Below are positions 41,245-53,899 of a DNA stretch of 64,000 bases, piece by piece (the stretch's first letter is position 1; each line of letters starts with the position of its first letter). The position numbers were made by a program, and so were the translations under genes. The notes below the pieces were generated by a model, which was not told the DNA's origin, made no database searches, and saw nothing but the letters and a program-made list of their open reading frames with translations. This DNA is from Takakia lepidozioides (taxonomy: Eukaryota > Plantae > Bryophyta), in contig CM060731.1 in NCBI GenBank assembly GCA_030704615.1, positions 46,934,001-46,998,000 on the forward strand. The letters are read 5' to 3'.

Positions 41245-43206
41245 TCAGATTCCGTAGTGCTCCGAGCTGGCATCATTCAGTCTTGAGCGCCGTGCAGTGT
41301 CAGCACAGGTTAGAGCTCCCTTCTCCGTTTCAACCGTCTCTTTCACAAGCGACGTTGGTTCTTTGAAATCTGATATGTCGTTCTCTCGTACTTGTGTGGG
41401 CTTTTCTTCGAGTTCCTTGTAGAGCTGTCTAGTTCTGATCGCAAGCAGAACGCAGATTATGGAGCCTACAAGAGCGACAGCCATCAGGACATAAAAGGTG
41501 AGACGATAACATGTAGGTCCATGGCATATGAGAGCTTTTGACTTGGCTGGGCTCGGAGTAAGCAATTTCTGTTGTTTCCTCGCCTCTCGATCATAGAGGT
41601 AGCCTGCCAATCTCACCGATAGAAAATAGTTCCCAACAGGACTTGCCGCAAGAACGACATTGAAGAGGGTCGCAAAGAAACGCATCCCAAAAATGTCTGA
41701 AGTGATTATCGTGACTAATGACCACATGATCCCATAGCAGAGGCCTATCAAAATTGAGCCTATGTAGAGGCACCCAGGCACATTGCACGCCAGGAGGAGA
41801 TGCCCAATGGCCATAATTCCTAGTGAGACAGCGTAGAGTGTCGGCCTAGAAATGCCTCTTCTTTGCAGCAACTTCTCTGAGAGAAATCCTGCTACCCAGC
41901 GACCCAGAGAGTTCCAGATGCTGACGAGAGAAACAAATGTACTGACTTTGACGGTTGAATACCCAAGGGCAGCCCCTATCTGGCCCATGTTGTCAATAGC
42001 TGTCAGGCCTGACCCTATCCCACATGTTGTTGCCACGAAGAGAAGCCAGAAATCCACACTGGAGAATGCCTCTAAGATTGTGTGGTCCTCTCCTTGTCTA
42101 GGCCAAACCTTGATGATCCCCACTTGACTCTCTTTCTGATCGATATATGTAACCTGCTCCGAGCTACCATTCTCTCTGACATATCCACACTTTCCCAAGA
42201 GCTTTCGGAATAATTTCTCCACTGGCCCCAACAATGTACCGCTCAGTGCATCCAGTGGCTCATCAGGCTGCTTTTGAAGACCTGCCCCGGCCTCCGTGTC
42301 TGCTTCTCGCGCACTATCCATGCCAGCTAATTCATGACCATCAAGTTCTCTCGGGGTCAGTTTATGAACCATCTCACCTGCGTTTCCATAGAGTTCCGAT
42401 CGCACAACCGCCCAAATTAAGGGCAGAAGAAAGACGATGGCCATTGCGAAACCCATGAGTTTGTAAGAAACTGAGCTCAGCGTTGATACATTTTCCGCGA
42501 CAATGACACCCATCAGATAAGCAGCAACGGCTAGACCGACCCCCAAAAACCCATAGAAACTGATCGTGTGTGGTCGGCCTATGAAAGGCGGCAAGCGGCG
42601 AGTGAGGACGAAAGCACATGCGAGAGACACTCCTGTGGGTAGCCAAGACAAGAGCAACAGAAAGGAGCTGGGATGATTTGGTCCGTAGATAGCAAGATAG
42701 ACCTGCGTGACAATGGCGCCACTCAGACCGAGGAACCCCTTCACCAGACCTATCACAGTTGCCTTGTCGGTAGAAAAGAGTTTCACGCACAGCGCAACCG
42801 AAGCAGTGTTGAAGAAGGCCGTTGAGTTGGCACCGATGGCAATGTAAAGACACATTTGCCATGCTTGGGGCCGAGCGATCCGACTGGTCACAGCTAGCCA
42901 GATCATAAGGTAGCCCAAGAGATTCTCAACTGCCCCAAAGACAAGAATCACCAAGGGCGGCCCGAAGTCGCATAAGAGGCCTGCAATCACTCCAACACCC
43001 ATTCCGAAGTCCTTGAAGAAGCCGATTGTGTTAAGGGTTTTCTGGTCGTATCCCAGACTGGTCTTGATGTCCTGGGAATAGACACCAAAGCTGTAAACGC
43101 CCCCACTGGTTGACATGAGCAGGATTGCCACTGCTAAGAAAAACCACCGCCCTTGTACCAATCTTTGTAAGACCTGTAACTTCATGAGAATTTCCATGCT
43201 AGCCAT
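41245..43206 (-). CDS. Nodulin-like major facilitator superfamily transporter (NFD4-like family)
   Basis: Intronless 653-aa ORF with ~12 TM segments. Motifs YSFGVYS..LGYDQ, GLVKGFLGLSGA, GEDHTILEA, DNMGQIG, YLYDREA and CHGPTCY. Confidence 0.95.
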   Translation of the reverse strand: MASMEILMKLQVLQRLVQGRWFFLAVAILLMSTSGGVYSFGVYSQDIKTSLGYDQKTLNTIGFFKDFGMGVGVIAGLLCDFGPPLVILVFGAVENLLGYLMIWLAVTSRIARPQAWQMCLYIAIGANSTAFFNTASVALCVKLFSTDKATVIGLVKGFLGLSGAIVTQVYLAIYGPNHPSSFLLLLSWLPTGVSLACAFVLTRRLPPFIGRPHTISFYGFLGVGLAVAAYLMGVIVAENVSTLSSVSYKLMGFAMAIVFLLPLIWAVVRSELYGNAGEMVHKLTPRELDGHELAGMDSAREADTEAGAGLQKQPDEPLDALSGTLLGPVEKLFRKLLGKCGYVRENGSSEQVTYIDQKESQVGIIKVWPRQGEDHTILEAFSSVDFWLLFVATTCGIGSGLTAIDNMGQIGAALGYSTVKVSTFVSLVSIWNSLGRWVAGFLSEKLLQRRGISRPTLYAVSLGIMAIGHLLLACNVPGCLYIGSILIGLCYGIMWSLVTIITSDIFGMRFFATLFNVVLAASPVGNYFLSVRLAGYLYDREARKQQKLLTPSPAKSKALICHGPTCYRLTFYVLMAVALVGSIICVLLAIRTRQLYKELEEKPTQVRENDISDFKEPTSLVKETVETEKGALTCADTARRSRLNDASSEHYGI

Positions 43207-44399
43207 TTCGAAAGTTTGTAGATCTAGAGAAAGAGAGGAATCTCAACTTGGCTATGACCAAGTTTGGACTGGAGCCAAGGATCCGAGTGCGGTGGGATCA
43301 TATGATTTCAGACCACTCGGTAACTGCATTTCAAATTTATCCTTGTAGTTCTTAAGCTTGTCCAACTACAGACTACTGTGTTATTTGAAAAATTCACGAC
43401 GCTGCAGTTTATAACTAGACCTGGCGCTGCTACATATTGTCTACTTGGGTGTTAGATCTGGAGGCCACTTCGGTGGACGATGTCAGATCATGATGCACAT
43501 GTCAAACAACCTGCCAGACGTGCTGATCTCAATTGTCTGGTGAAGGCCCTGCTCTGAAGGCCTCCCTACCGAGTGCGCTGATGAATCTCCTTGAACGTAG
43601 CTAAATCCTCAGTTACTACTTAGACTGTTGTTACTACTTAGACTGTTAGACCTGAGTGATGATTGCATGTCAAAGAGAGCATTTAATAGAAACTATGGCG
43701 TCGAAGTGGGAGATCATAGAGTCGACGCCCCGCAAACTCTAGAGACTCAGTGCCGCCGGAAGGCTTGATGAGCATGCTTGAATGAACGTAGCAGGTCGTG
43801 CAAAACCAAGCACACTTGTTACATAGCTGAGAAAGAACTCTGCACGTGTTGTGCATACCCGAAGAATGACATATACATATGTATCTACAAACATACCGAC
43901 ACTGGACAGTCGACGTACGAGCTGAGTGCAGACCGTCGGTATCTAGACTATAGTCCACGGACCCAATCCAACCAGCGAGACTTCGAGATGACAGCGGCCC
44001 TGAGATTGAGGAGACCTGTAGAGATCATCTAGTGTCTTAAAGCTCGAATGATCCTCGGAACGGAAAAGACGGTCACTATTCACTATACGAGTACTGAACT
44101 ACCGAGAACTTAGAAAGAAGGCCATGCGTAGTACTGTGAGTCTAGAAGCACCTCAGATGCACAAGACGATGTACATGTAGAGCTAAGCGCTGTGTAGCGA
44201 GGGGATCGAGAGAGAAACAAAGTTATGATGTTGGCCCTAGCGATCTCAAGATATTCTCAAGATCGCTGCACAAACGCTAGGACACGACGGGACCCACCGT
44301 CTCTTTGTACGCCGTATTCCTTCACTGTACAACATGTATACCTATGTGCCTACTTTTCTTTTCTTTTCTTTTTCCGGAAAAGGGACAGAGCCCAAATGA

Positions 44400-45010
44400 T
44401 AGATTAGAGGGTGGAAAAAATAACCACCGAGAGGCCGTGGAGGCTTCAAGTGGAGAGACTGCCCCGTAACCAAGGGTTCACAGGGAAACGCAGAGCCAAG
44501 GAGGGACAGAAAAACGAGAAGGGAAGAATGCGAGCTCTAGGGGTTCTATCCTGCGTAGAAGATAGAGGAGTGAACTAAGGTAGCTTAGAAGATCGTAGAT
44601 GCAGTAAAGATGAAGGGACACACTTATCAGGGACACAGTCATCAGCCTAAGAGACCCAGCCGAAAGGCTCCTAAAATCTGAGTCTGAGTTGAGTCTTCAG
44701 CTTGGGGTCTCTGGCTCTTCGATGCCTCCAATTGCAGTCACCTTCTTCGTCTCCATCATGCGGGGACCTGCCATTCCGGGGGGAAAGAGTACTGCCAAAT
44801 AAGATTTCGAGCGATCTGGAAGTTAAGCAAGACAAGAGAGGTAGCGGCAAGGAGAGGGAAGGCATTCCAATTCTCATAGAACCTGAAGATCATGTCCCAG
44901 ATCCTTCTAGATCTGGGGCAGTGAATAAAACTGTGCACTATTGTTTCTTGAGCATTATTATTACAGACTGTGCAGACTGGATCCCCTGTGTCAATGAATG
45001 CCTACCTATG
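44400..45010 (-). mobile_element. L1-type LINE 3' fragment (zf-RVT zinc-binding region and tail)
   Basis: Minus-strand GDPVCTVCNNNAQETIVHSFIHCPRSRRIW fits the Cx2C..ETxxH..C..W motif of LINE ORF2. The boundaries are approximate. Confidence 0.7.
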
Positions 45011-47663
45011 CATTGTATGAATTATGTATTTTTCTGTATATACGTACATGATTTAGAGTACAAATGAAATACAGATGTCCAACACTATAATAGTATGTAT
45101 GTGACTGTGCAATGGGCCGGGTGGAGTTTTCAATAGTTTTTCTTAGCTCTGTCAGATGTTGAAGTCCATGGAGAAAATGTGGTCAACCGACCTTACAGAG
45201 TGTCAAGGGTATGATTGGTCTAAGAAAGCTTTCAAGTATAAACTATAATCCCTGTGGCAGCTTGTCAAAATTTTGCTTCAATGGACAGAGCCTCTTGTAG
45301 TTTGCGGCTTGTTATTATAAGGCTGAATATAATGTTGTGGGCGGTGCCGTACTAAGTATGTGTCCACCTCCAAAAGGAGTGGGACAGGAAATAAGTTACA
45401 CTGGTGCTCTTATGTATGCTAACTTCGAAGTTGGGTCATACTTATAGGAGTGTGCATTGATCTGATCGTCACTTGTGTTGTAAGATCAAATGGATCAATG
45501 CCAGAAAATTTCCAAGTACTGCTGCATAGGTCATTATCCTATAGTTTTGTGGGTGAAACAAAATGTATTGTGTTTGATTTAACCTAACCTAAACCTAACG
45601 AATTAGGGTATTAGAGTGACTAACCCACGGAAATAGGGTGATTAACCCATCTATGTGTGGCTTGTGCTCACCTGAGCACAAGTCTGCTGACGTGCGCACA
45701 ATTTGGTCCGCGTCAGCACAAATTTCCAATTTTAGTTTTGCCACAGCATCTTTTCAGGAATATTCATGAATTTCGGGCATTTTCTCTTCTGCTCACGTGA
45801 GCGCGCACAGCGGTGTGAGGACTACCCAACCTCCATTCAAATCAATCAACGCCATCATTAGCAAGTGGAAGTTCTCAACTAAGTAAAATTGTAGTCGAAA
45901 AGTTTACTAACGTAACATAATGATGGCATTCCCATCACCCCACCGGACCATAGAATTTAGTAGTAGGTCACTTAATATTGGTTTGAAGTAGAAAGCGTGT
46001 AGGAAGAAACGGATTTTCAATGCAAGTACATCTACCCACATGGCCTTATCTTGTCTTCCGACAAACATGGTCCCACTTGGTTGGCATGTTAGGATCCTTG
46101 AGAATGTCATGTGTAGTGCCAAGCAGCTTTCCTGCAAGAACTCTATTATTTGAAAACTTATTGATTAATACCAATGATGTTGGAGAGGCTCATGGGGGCT
46201 CAACTACAAGAAGATGAGCCCTCCTCAACACTCACAAGGGGAAAACCCATGTCCCAAGTGAGGTTTGATATCTCACTTGGCATGTGAGACCAAATGAAGT
46301 CCCAACACACACATTCAACGCCTACTTAATGAGCACAACTTGTTAGTCTCAGAATTTCTTTCCTTTCCATTGTGCAATCTGTCTTAAAGTGGGCATATTG
46401 TGTGGATTTTGGTAATACATGACTAAGCTGCTTATACACCCTTATCTGCTAGTTTTCATTCACTACCCACTTTGGAATACAAATATAAATATCCAAAATG
46501 TCCTAGTTAACTATCATGTTGAAACAAGAGGCATTAAGTATGGAGAGTGAATCTTACTTATGTTGGATGCTTCATATGCATGCAGATGTATTCAAGTGAA
46601 GTCCTTGCCATAAGAGGAACTTGAGGGTCTTACTTACATTGCATTGACGTGGGTCCACATTGGCTCTCTCTTATCCACGTCGTCACATATTTTACTAATC
46701 TCATCCATCAGTGAACAGATTGATTGAATAGAAAGATGCACGGTGTGGTGGCTGGGTGGACTGGACGATGAATCCAATAGTGTGCATAGAGCAAGATAGC
46801 AAGTCAATTCGTGTATAAAGGTTGACAGAGTAGGTTTTGAACGAAGGGCAAAACAAGATTGATGATCTGTGGAAAAACGATTTATAAATGTGTAAATGTG
46901 AGCCTGGCTGGAATAAATCGCGGACATGAACGGAATAGAGCTAAGAAACGTTATAGGCACGGCTACCACATTTAACTTGAGTGAAATTGAAGCATTTCAA
47001 CTGTAAGTGGGGCACCAAAATCACAGTAAACAATAGTAATTGATTCTCTTAACTAAGTCAATTGTAACTATAAGTGCGGCAGGGACCTTGGTGTAGGGTT
47101 GTCGCAGACTAGTCAATGAATGAGTCATGAATACGACCAAGGAGGGAGGCGCTGAGCAGCCAGTGTTTTTTACCCGTCTTGGCATTGAAGTATTTCTCAC
47201 CTTCCATATACTCTTATCTCTCAGGTATTTGTAAATTTCGTGTTTGGTGGCCTAAACTGTACCGAATGGACGAGCGTTTTTTAGTGGGCTTACTCCAAAA
47301 CGTAATATTCCCTCATGGATGAAGGGACTCATTTGACAAACATTCACACGGATGAACTGTATGAAAGTCACCCTACATACTTCATCCACTTGCTCTAACA
47401 ATTTCAGGTGATTTGACCATGTCATTTAGGAAGATTATAACAAAAATCAAGGGGATGAGACCGGCCAATAGGGAGGGAGGGTTGGCCTGTAGGAATGGGT
47501 GAATGGTAAGGGCAGGTGTAGAAGGTGGCGTAGAAATAGAGAGGGTGTGGTGGAAGTTCTAGAATGTTCAAGAAGGAGGACGAGGCGGCGAACATCCGAG
47601 AAGTAGACCGAGGTGGCGGGTTGTAGAGGAATCTGGAAACGTGGGGACAAGGCTGCTGGAGTA

Positions 47664-50212
47664 CAGTCGGCCCTCCATATGTGTTAATCTTTGGGAGTAA
47701 GAAAAACTGTAACACTTAAAGGATTGTAACACTTTAACAGATACAAATTTAGGATCAATGTAAAGTAACATTTATAAAGTTAAACTCTTACATGGGGAGC
47801 CCTAAAAAAAGTTCACGTTAATAGAACTACGAGAAATCGTCTTCACGGCTAATGATCTACAGGCGGTGAAGGTTGGAAGAAAGATTCTATACATGTCTGA
47901 TGTGAATGTGACATCCTCAATATCTCTACACCCTTTGCAAATTTTTCTAACCTTTCTACCAAGTGCATAACATCTGTCGACCTTTGCTGCAATAAATGAT
48001 GCAATGTTTCAAAAGCAATTACCTGTGCATCTTTAAAACCTACTGGGATTACACTTTGATCAGAAACTACATATTCACTCTCTTCTTCATCTTTGATGAC
48101 AGCTGCTTGAGGCCCGAACATCTCCATTATCTCTTCATCTGTTGGTTGGTATGGATTGTTCAAATGAAATTCTGCCTCATAATTGATGTACTTGTGAGCA
48201 TCCTTATTTGGTGGCAGTTACAAATTTTCGGCACATACCACAGTAAGCTGCTCTAATAAACTCGTAATGTCTGCAATCTCTGTCTTTTGAGCCTCATGAA
48301 GTGCCTGGGTTATATTCAAAGTGGAGAGGATCCTTGTATGATTCCAACAATTCTCTATGGACGCACGGATCACACCTTGCCGCCAAGCTTGGATAAGCAT
48401 TGTGGCTGCTTGATACACATCAATTTATGGATCTCTCTTTGCCACCAAACAATCAATTTGATGTTTTCGGTATGGAGCCTTGAATGAAGCAATAATTCCA
48501 GCATCCATAGGTTGAAATCTACTTGTGGTATTAGGAGGTAAAAACTCAAGTTGTGTGACATGCAGCCTGCATGCTATGTTGGGAATTTGATGTCCAAAGA
48601 AGTTGTCAACCAATAACAATATTTTTTCTCTGCCAAGTGCGACCATTTTCGTTTCAAAATCCATCATGAACCTTTCAAATAAGACTGTAGTCATCTAGGC
48701 TTTCTTGTTGGCTGCCCACATAATCCCAAGATTTTGGGGATTAACAATGTACAAGCTCTAGGTTTCATAAACTTGTTAATGACAAATGGAGGAAGCATAA
48801 CAGTATCATCGGCATTGCTACAGAGTGCAACGGTGAGCCTTTCGTTTTGTTTCTTTCGACCAGAAAGACGGTGCGTAACCAAAGTACGATTGGGCTCCAA
48901 TCTATATTTCATCCATGTTGTATATGTCAGAGACATGGTACCTTGAGCAAATGGTCTTGATTTCCTCCATGCGTTGCAATACTTCCGGTGAGTTATCTGA
49001 AGATGCATCCTCGCCATGACGTGTAAATCCTCTAATCCCAAACCGCCTCTTAAAACCATCCAACCATCAGTGAGAGAACTGCAGTTGCTTCTCGGTGGAC
49101 TCTCTCGTTCTCATATTATAAAAACGTTTCGCAGCTGTTATGAAGAGGTCATCTGATAATGTAGCACTTTGTTCCTGCATCACTGTGAACCAAGAGAATG
49201 TTGCTTCCTCAACTTCTGGACACCACGCTTTCCTCACTCTCTTTTGGGTTGCTGACTTATGATCGACCTCTAACAAATCATTTCTCTTCAGTAGCCTAGA
49301 TATGCTCATTTCAAATGATGAAGTTTGAATCTTATCATTTGCCCTTTGCCAATGCTCTGTTAGTAATACCACCTCTAGACTCATATTTATATTGATGATA
49401 CAGTAAGATTTCTTTCTTCTGTGCTAGGCTAAATTCTGAAGTTTTTTCCATCTCTATCACCTTAGCTTAACCTTCATACAAAACTACAAAGTTGCGGAAA
49501 TCTCCAGCAAAGTCACTCATCGCCATCTGCATCCTGATCGCTTGAATCGCCAATCACATCCTCTCTTAGTGGAATACAATACAGAAATAACCGGGTAGAA
49601 TTCTGAATTTAAATCTACACCTACAAACTAATCTCATAGCAAAATCTAGACCAAGACTGTAACGAAGAGTATTATAAAGTCTGCAACTGCACTTTCTATG
49701 AGGGTGTGAAAGAAATCTCAATCTAGTGCAATCTATGCAAGTACAATTCTTGCAAACATGTGTATGAAACAAATAGTCCCTCATATTGTACTCTTCACAA
49801 TAACCTCACATCGCGTTCTTGAAAGGAGAAAGACCAGCAGTCGAAGCCCAGTTCACTCCCTACGATTAAGCTGCTTCACTTAATGGTTGCCACTTGAGCT
49901 CCCTACTATTAAACTGCTTCACTTTAGTTTCCTGCAACTTTCACTTAATGTTTGTCCACTGGAGTTTCTATTATTAAGCTCCTTTATATATGCCCACTTG
50001 AGTTGATCAAAGACTTAACTAGAGACTTAGCTTTAGTGAATAAGAGCACTTTAACACATACACATGGTCATTATACAAAGAGGGGAGTAACCAGTGCTTA
50101 ACAGTTAAACACTTAACGCTTGCTTAGTTCACCCAAGTAGGGAGTAAGAATTATGCTAACACATATAGTTTTTTTAACACTTATGGGGGTCACAAATATG
50201 GAGGGCCCACTG
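47664..50212 (-). mobile_element. pogo/Tigger-type (Tc1/mariner superfamily) DNA transposon, full length, transposase decayed
   Basis: TIRs CAGTCGGCCCTCCATATGTG / CACAAATATGGAGGGCCCACTG with TA on both sides. CENP-B-like HTH (EVEEATFSWF..LSDDLF) and DDE_1 motifs (KKQNERLTVALCSNAD, KILLLVDN, FLPPNTTSRFQPMDAGII) broken by frameshifts. Confidence 0.92.
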
Positions 50213-50375
50213 TAGTGCTAGGATGGTGGGGCCCAAATACTTGCGGCTGCTTAAGATGAGGGGAGAGTGGAGCGCAGTAGGGCGAGGGTTTGGTAGGTAT
50301 GTGATTCACTTCCCTTTTATTCTCCCTTTGTTTGACCTTGAGGAACAACCCCTGCCTCACTTTTTTGCTTCGCTA

Positions 50376-50548
50376 ACAACCAACATGTAGCCCAGTGGTA
50401 TACCATCTTACGAGTGGTTGTGGGTTCAAACCACCCTGTTGGTTGTTACAAAGGTGTCCACCTTCCTACCGGAAGGCAGTAGCCCTTCTGGGTCAAGCAA
50501 CACCATAAGTAAAGCTTGCTTCGGCAATGCGTCCACATTTTTTTTGTT
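50376..50548 (+). mobile_element. tRNA-derived SINE, copy B (T-rich tail)
   Basis: A box TAGCCCAGTGG, B box GGTTCAAACC and poly-T tail. 15-bp TSD TTTT(T/C)TGCTTCGCTA at 50361-50375 and 50549-50563. Confidence 0.87.
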
Positions 50549-51872
50549 TTTTCTGCTTCGCTACGCTGCTCTTCTTTTTGCTATTGTATTCTGCTGCGAC
50601 TTTTGTAACTGTTTAGACTGTTTATATTTGGACAGAAAACCGCATGACCACCTACTACTTAATAGGCAATACCGTTCTATTTCGACGGACCATGCTGGAA
50701 TCATTAAATACATGCAGGTCGCCAGGTTCAACAAGCTTAATGACAATATTAATTTTTTCATCTAAGCTTCATCCAATTTTTCTAGATTTTGGCACCGGGT
50801 CATTAAATTTCATTAGTAAGTAGTCAGTACTAGCATTCACCAGTGTAATGTTTTCAAAGTTCACTTTTTAAAATGTAAAGCAAAATTTAAAATATTCATC
50901 ATCTCTTAAAATGAATTAATTAAAGTCGGAATAGAGCACCCCCGCGCAATACCTGTGTTATGGGCGAAAACAAGGACTATTACACATGGTGTAGATATGA
51001 GGCTGGGCACATTTCAGGGCACCTGGGTGGTATTAAAAAAAAGTAACGTTCTCCCAACACTGGTTTGGCTTGGCCTGTTCGGTCATAGGCCAACTTACCC
51101 TAGCATTTTGGATGGAAGGCTAGTGATGAATTGAGAATCCCCAGAAATCTTGACGTTGATCTTATATGGTATAATTGTGGGGCTCAACTCTTCCCACCAC
51201 GAGAACTAAACAGGGCCACTCACCCCGTCAGTTCAAGACCGCATCATGCCCCTGCAGCGGAAGAGAAGACGACATGGGCGCCCACACCCGACTTTCACTT
51301 AATACATGCTTCATCCACTAAGTTACTTACTCCCTGTTCGAGATACCATCCAGTGTAAGCCAGGCATCCAAGCACCTACACTTTGCCATCTGCTCCCTGC
51401 TCCAAGGTAGCCGTTTGTGCTCGACAATCCGACAGCATCAACATTTTGACAAGGTCCTTACTGAGGGGTGCTAGTGAGCTTTCAACAACATTCATGCAAG
51501 TTGTTTTGGGCTCCATTTGGGCTCTATCGATGAGGAACAACGAACATGCCAGACTTACACAGATGCCTTATGTTTGCAGTCTGGAGATTGTAGAGTGGTC
51601 TCTGAGAACAACCAGGGAGGGAGGCGCTGAGCAGCCAGCGTGTATAGTCCTTTTGCCCATAACACGGGTATTGCCTTTGTCAATACGCCTATGTAAGCCT
51701 AGAGCTTTCATCTTGTCTTCTTCTTTAACAACCCAACCATTAACACCTCAAACAAAACAAACAAAGAATAGGGTACCTAAGTTAGTCCAGCATCTCAATG
51801 CCCAATCTCGCACAAGAGAAGCTTCAGGACCGTGACATATAGAGACTGGTTAGAGTACTGTTGACGGCAAAG

Positions 51873-52010
51873 ATGAAATGAAATGAAATGGTACTTTATA
51901 GGTGGAAAAGATATGGAAAGAACGAAAGAAGATAGATGTGGCCTTCGAAAGAGCTGTGACCTTCGAAGGAGCTGCAGTCCTTCGAAGGACACCCCTGGCA
52001 CCTTGCCAAA
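51873..52010 (-). repeat. Probable 5'-truncated LINE 3' end with three TTCGAAG hairpins and an (ATTTC)n tail
   Basis: Terminal TAAAGTACCATTTCATTTCA is shared with the element at 1945-2100. Three palindromic (C)TTCGAAG cores. Confidence 0.5.
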
Positions 52011-52132
52011 TGCCTCCTCAATGCAGGCCACAACTCAGAGTTGCACATGCTTTGATTGCCCGCATGTCTTCGACCCTAAACTTAACCAAGAATCATAAAC
52101 CTAGCATTGTGGTGATCCACGAAATCATCACA

Positions 52133-53341
52133 TTACACAGTTATTCCCCTACAAAACTTTCCAGCCTTCAGCTCCCTTATACTGTAGCCGGAATAGTAGG
52201 GAAGTGTCTGCCTCTCCCATGAGTTTTGTACAGTATCAAATACCAGCACTCCTGATGAGTTAAAGCGCTCCACAATTACTTTATCACCACACCCTCCCGC
52301 ACAAAATAAAAACAAATCTTGACGAGGCATTATTGGCAACTGCTTCCATTCTCGACTGGAGACATTGAACTCCCACAAACATGGAGTATCGAGTGTGCCA
52401 CTCTTAACCACTGCAGCCAGCAACAAGCGGCCCCGACTTTCCACCAAATATTTTGGACATGCACTTGAGTGATTGGGGATCTGTGTCCGAACCTCCGCCC
52501 ACGCTCCAGTGCCAAGTATGTCATAAGCAAATAATTTCCGCCACCGAGAGGTCATGGCGTACATCACGTTGCCGCATTTGGCAAACTTCATAAACCGGGC
52601 TCCCAGTGGTGGCATGTTTCCTGTCTCATTCCACGAGTTGGAGATAGAGTCGTATACCAAAGTCTTGTTCACTGCAACTCTTTCGGTAGCCAAAGTTGTA
52701 GCAAATAGCAAAATAAGCTTGTACCCACCGGTACTCCTATCCACCACCAATTGACCAAAAGAGTTTATGCCATCTTCTCGGTAAACTGTAGGCACTGGAG
52801 GTAGTCGTCTGCAACACTTCGAGATTGGGTTGAACACCGTGAGGTGGAAATCCCCACAGGTACAGCTTGATTTGATGGAAAAGAGACCTCCATCTGCAGA
52901 TTGGATATGCGAAAATGGTCGATGGTGCGACACAACTTGTCCTTTTGTTGCGTCACAATGAAACAAATGAGGCGTAAGAAATGAGAGGTCCATCTTGTGC
53001 AACACTCCCCTTGAAGGATCCCAAAACTCCATAACAGTACGTGATATGCTACCGTCAGACAAGCTAAAAAGGAAGGACGGCTCCAATATTTGACGAAGAC
53101 CCACTTCATTGCAAAGATGCATAAAACCTGGATTTGCGGGCAGGGATCGCCACCGCTTGCACACCGTCAGTAAGCGGAAGATATCTCTACAATCTAAGCA
53201 TGCAAGCGCTCTGTCCAGTAAGTCGCACGGTAGCTTGCCCCACACCTCCGGGTCCATGACCTCCTTGTCCACGAGGGTGAGCACTGGTGCAGCACGACGA
53301 CAGCCTGAGAGATCCCTGCGACGAACCTTGCGCGTAGACAT
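52133..53341 (-). CDS. F-box protein with C-terminal kelch/FBA-like beta-propeller
   Basis: MDPEVWGKLPCDLLDRALACL..VCKRWRSL F-box, then VFNPISKCCRRLPP, YKLI, VYDSISNSW and LVESRGRLLL. Intronless. Confidence 0.9.
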   Translation of the reverse strand: MSTRKVRRRDLSGCRRAAPVLTLVDKEVMDPEVWGKLPCDLLDRALACLDCRDIFRLLTVCKRWRSLPANPGFMHLCNEVGLRQILEPSFLFSLSDGSISRTVMEFWDPSRGVLHKMDLSFLTPHLFHCDATKGQVVSHHRPFSHIQSADGGLFSIKSSCTCGDFHLTVFNPISKCCRRLPPVPTVYREDGINSFGQLVVDRSTGGYKLILLFATTLATERVAVNKTLVYDSISNSWNETGNMPPLGARFMKFAKCGNVMYAMTSRWRKLFAYDILGTGAWAEVRTQIPNHSSACPKYLVESRGRLLLAAVVKSGTLDTPCLWEFNVSSREWKQLPIMPRQDLFLFCAGGCGDKVIVERFNSSGVLVFDTVQNSWERQTLPYYSGYSIRELKAGKFCRGITV

Positions 53342-53899
53342 TGTCAAGGCGACGCTGTTGAGAACCTCTCTTTAACTCGGACTTCAACACGGGTCTGCGA
53401 AGGAAGAGGGCGACAGAGTGAAGCGAGAAGGAGAAACAAGGTGTTTGCGTACCTAAATACTAGCGTGCTTGCTGTTCAAGCAACCCCACAACACTGACCC
53501 CCGCCCTGCTACTCAACAAGCCAATCGTTTTTCTTTCTTTGTGTCAATATATCTAGCTGTGCGAGCTTTGGTTGTTTCCTCTTGGGGACAGTTACACCCA
53601 TTTGTACACTCACCCCACTTGGGTCTTTTTATAAAGCTATGCAGTTTCTCTTCTTTTTTGAGTTGCCAAAAGCTCTCAATCGTAGCAAAGGGCGCTATAA
53701 TTAAGTTAAAGGCTATTCAACCCAATAATAGAAGATCCAAGTAAGAAGGGACAGTCGTTAGTCTTTTTTTTTAGTCTTTTTTAGTCTTTTTTTAAAAGTA
53801 AAGGGGATGAAGCCCCAGTCTATTTGTGACTGAGAAACTTTTTTTTTTAAATAAATATAGTAATAATAATAATAATAAACTTTATCTTTATCATTATCT

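Noticed and set aside
45578-45810. Telomerase RNA or telomere-like (AACCT)n tract with palindromes
   Set aside because: No full template or type-3 Pol III promoter was evident. It is more likely the end of a TE.
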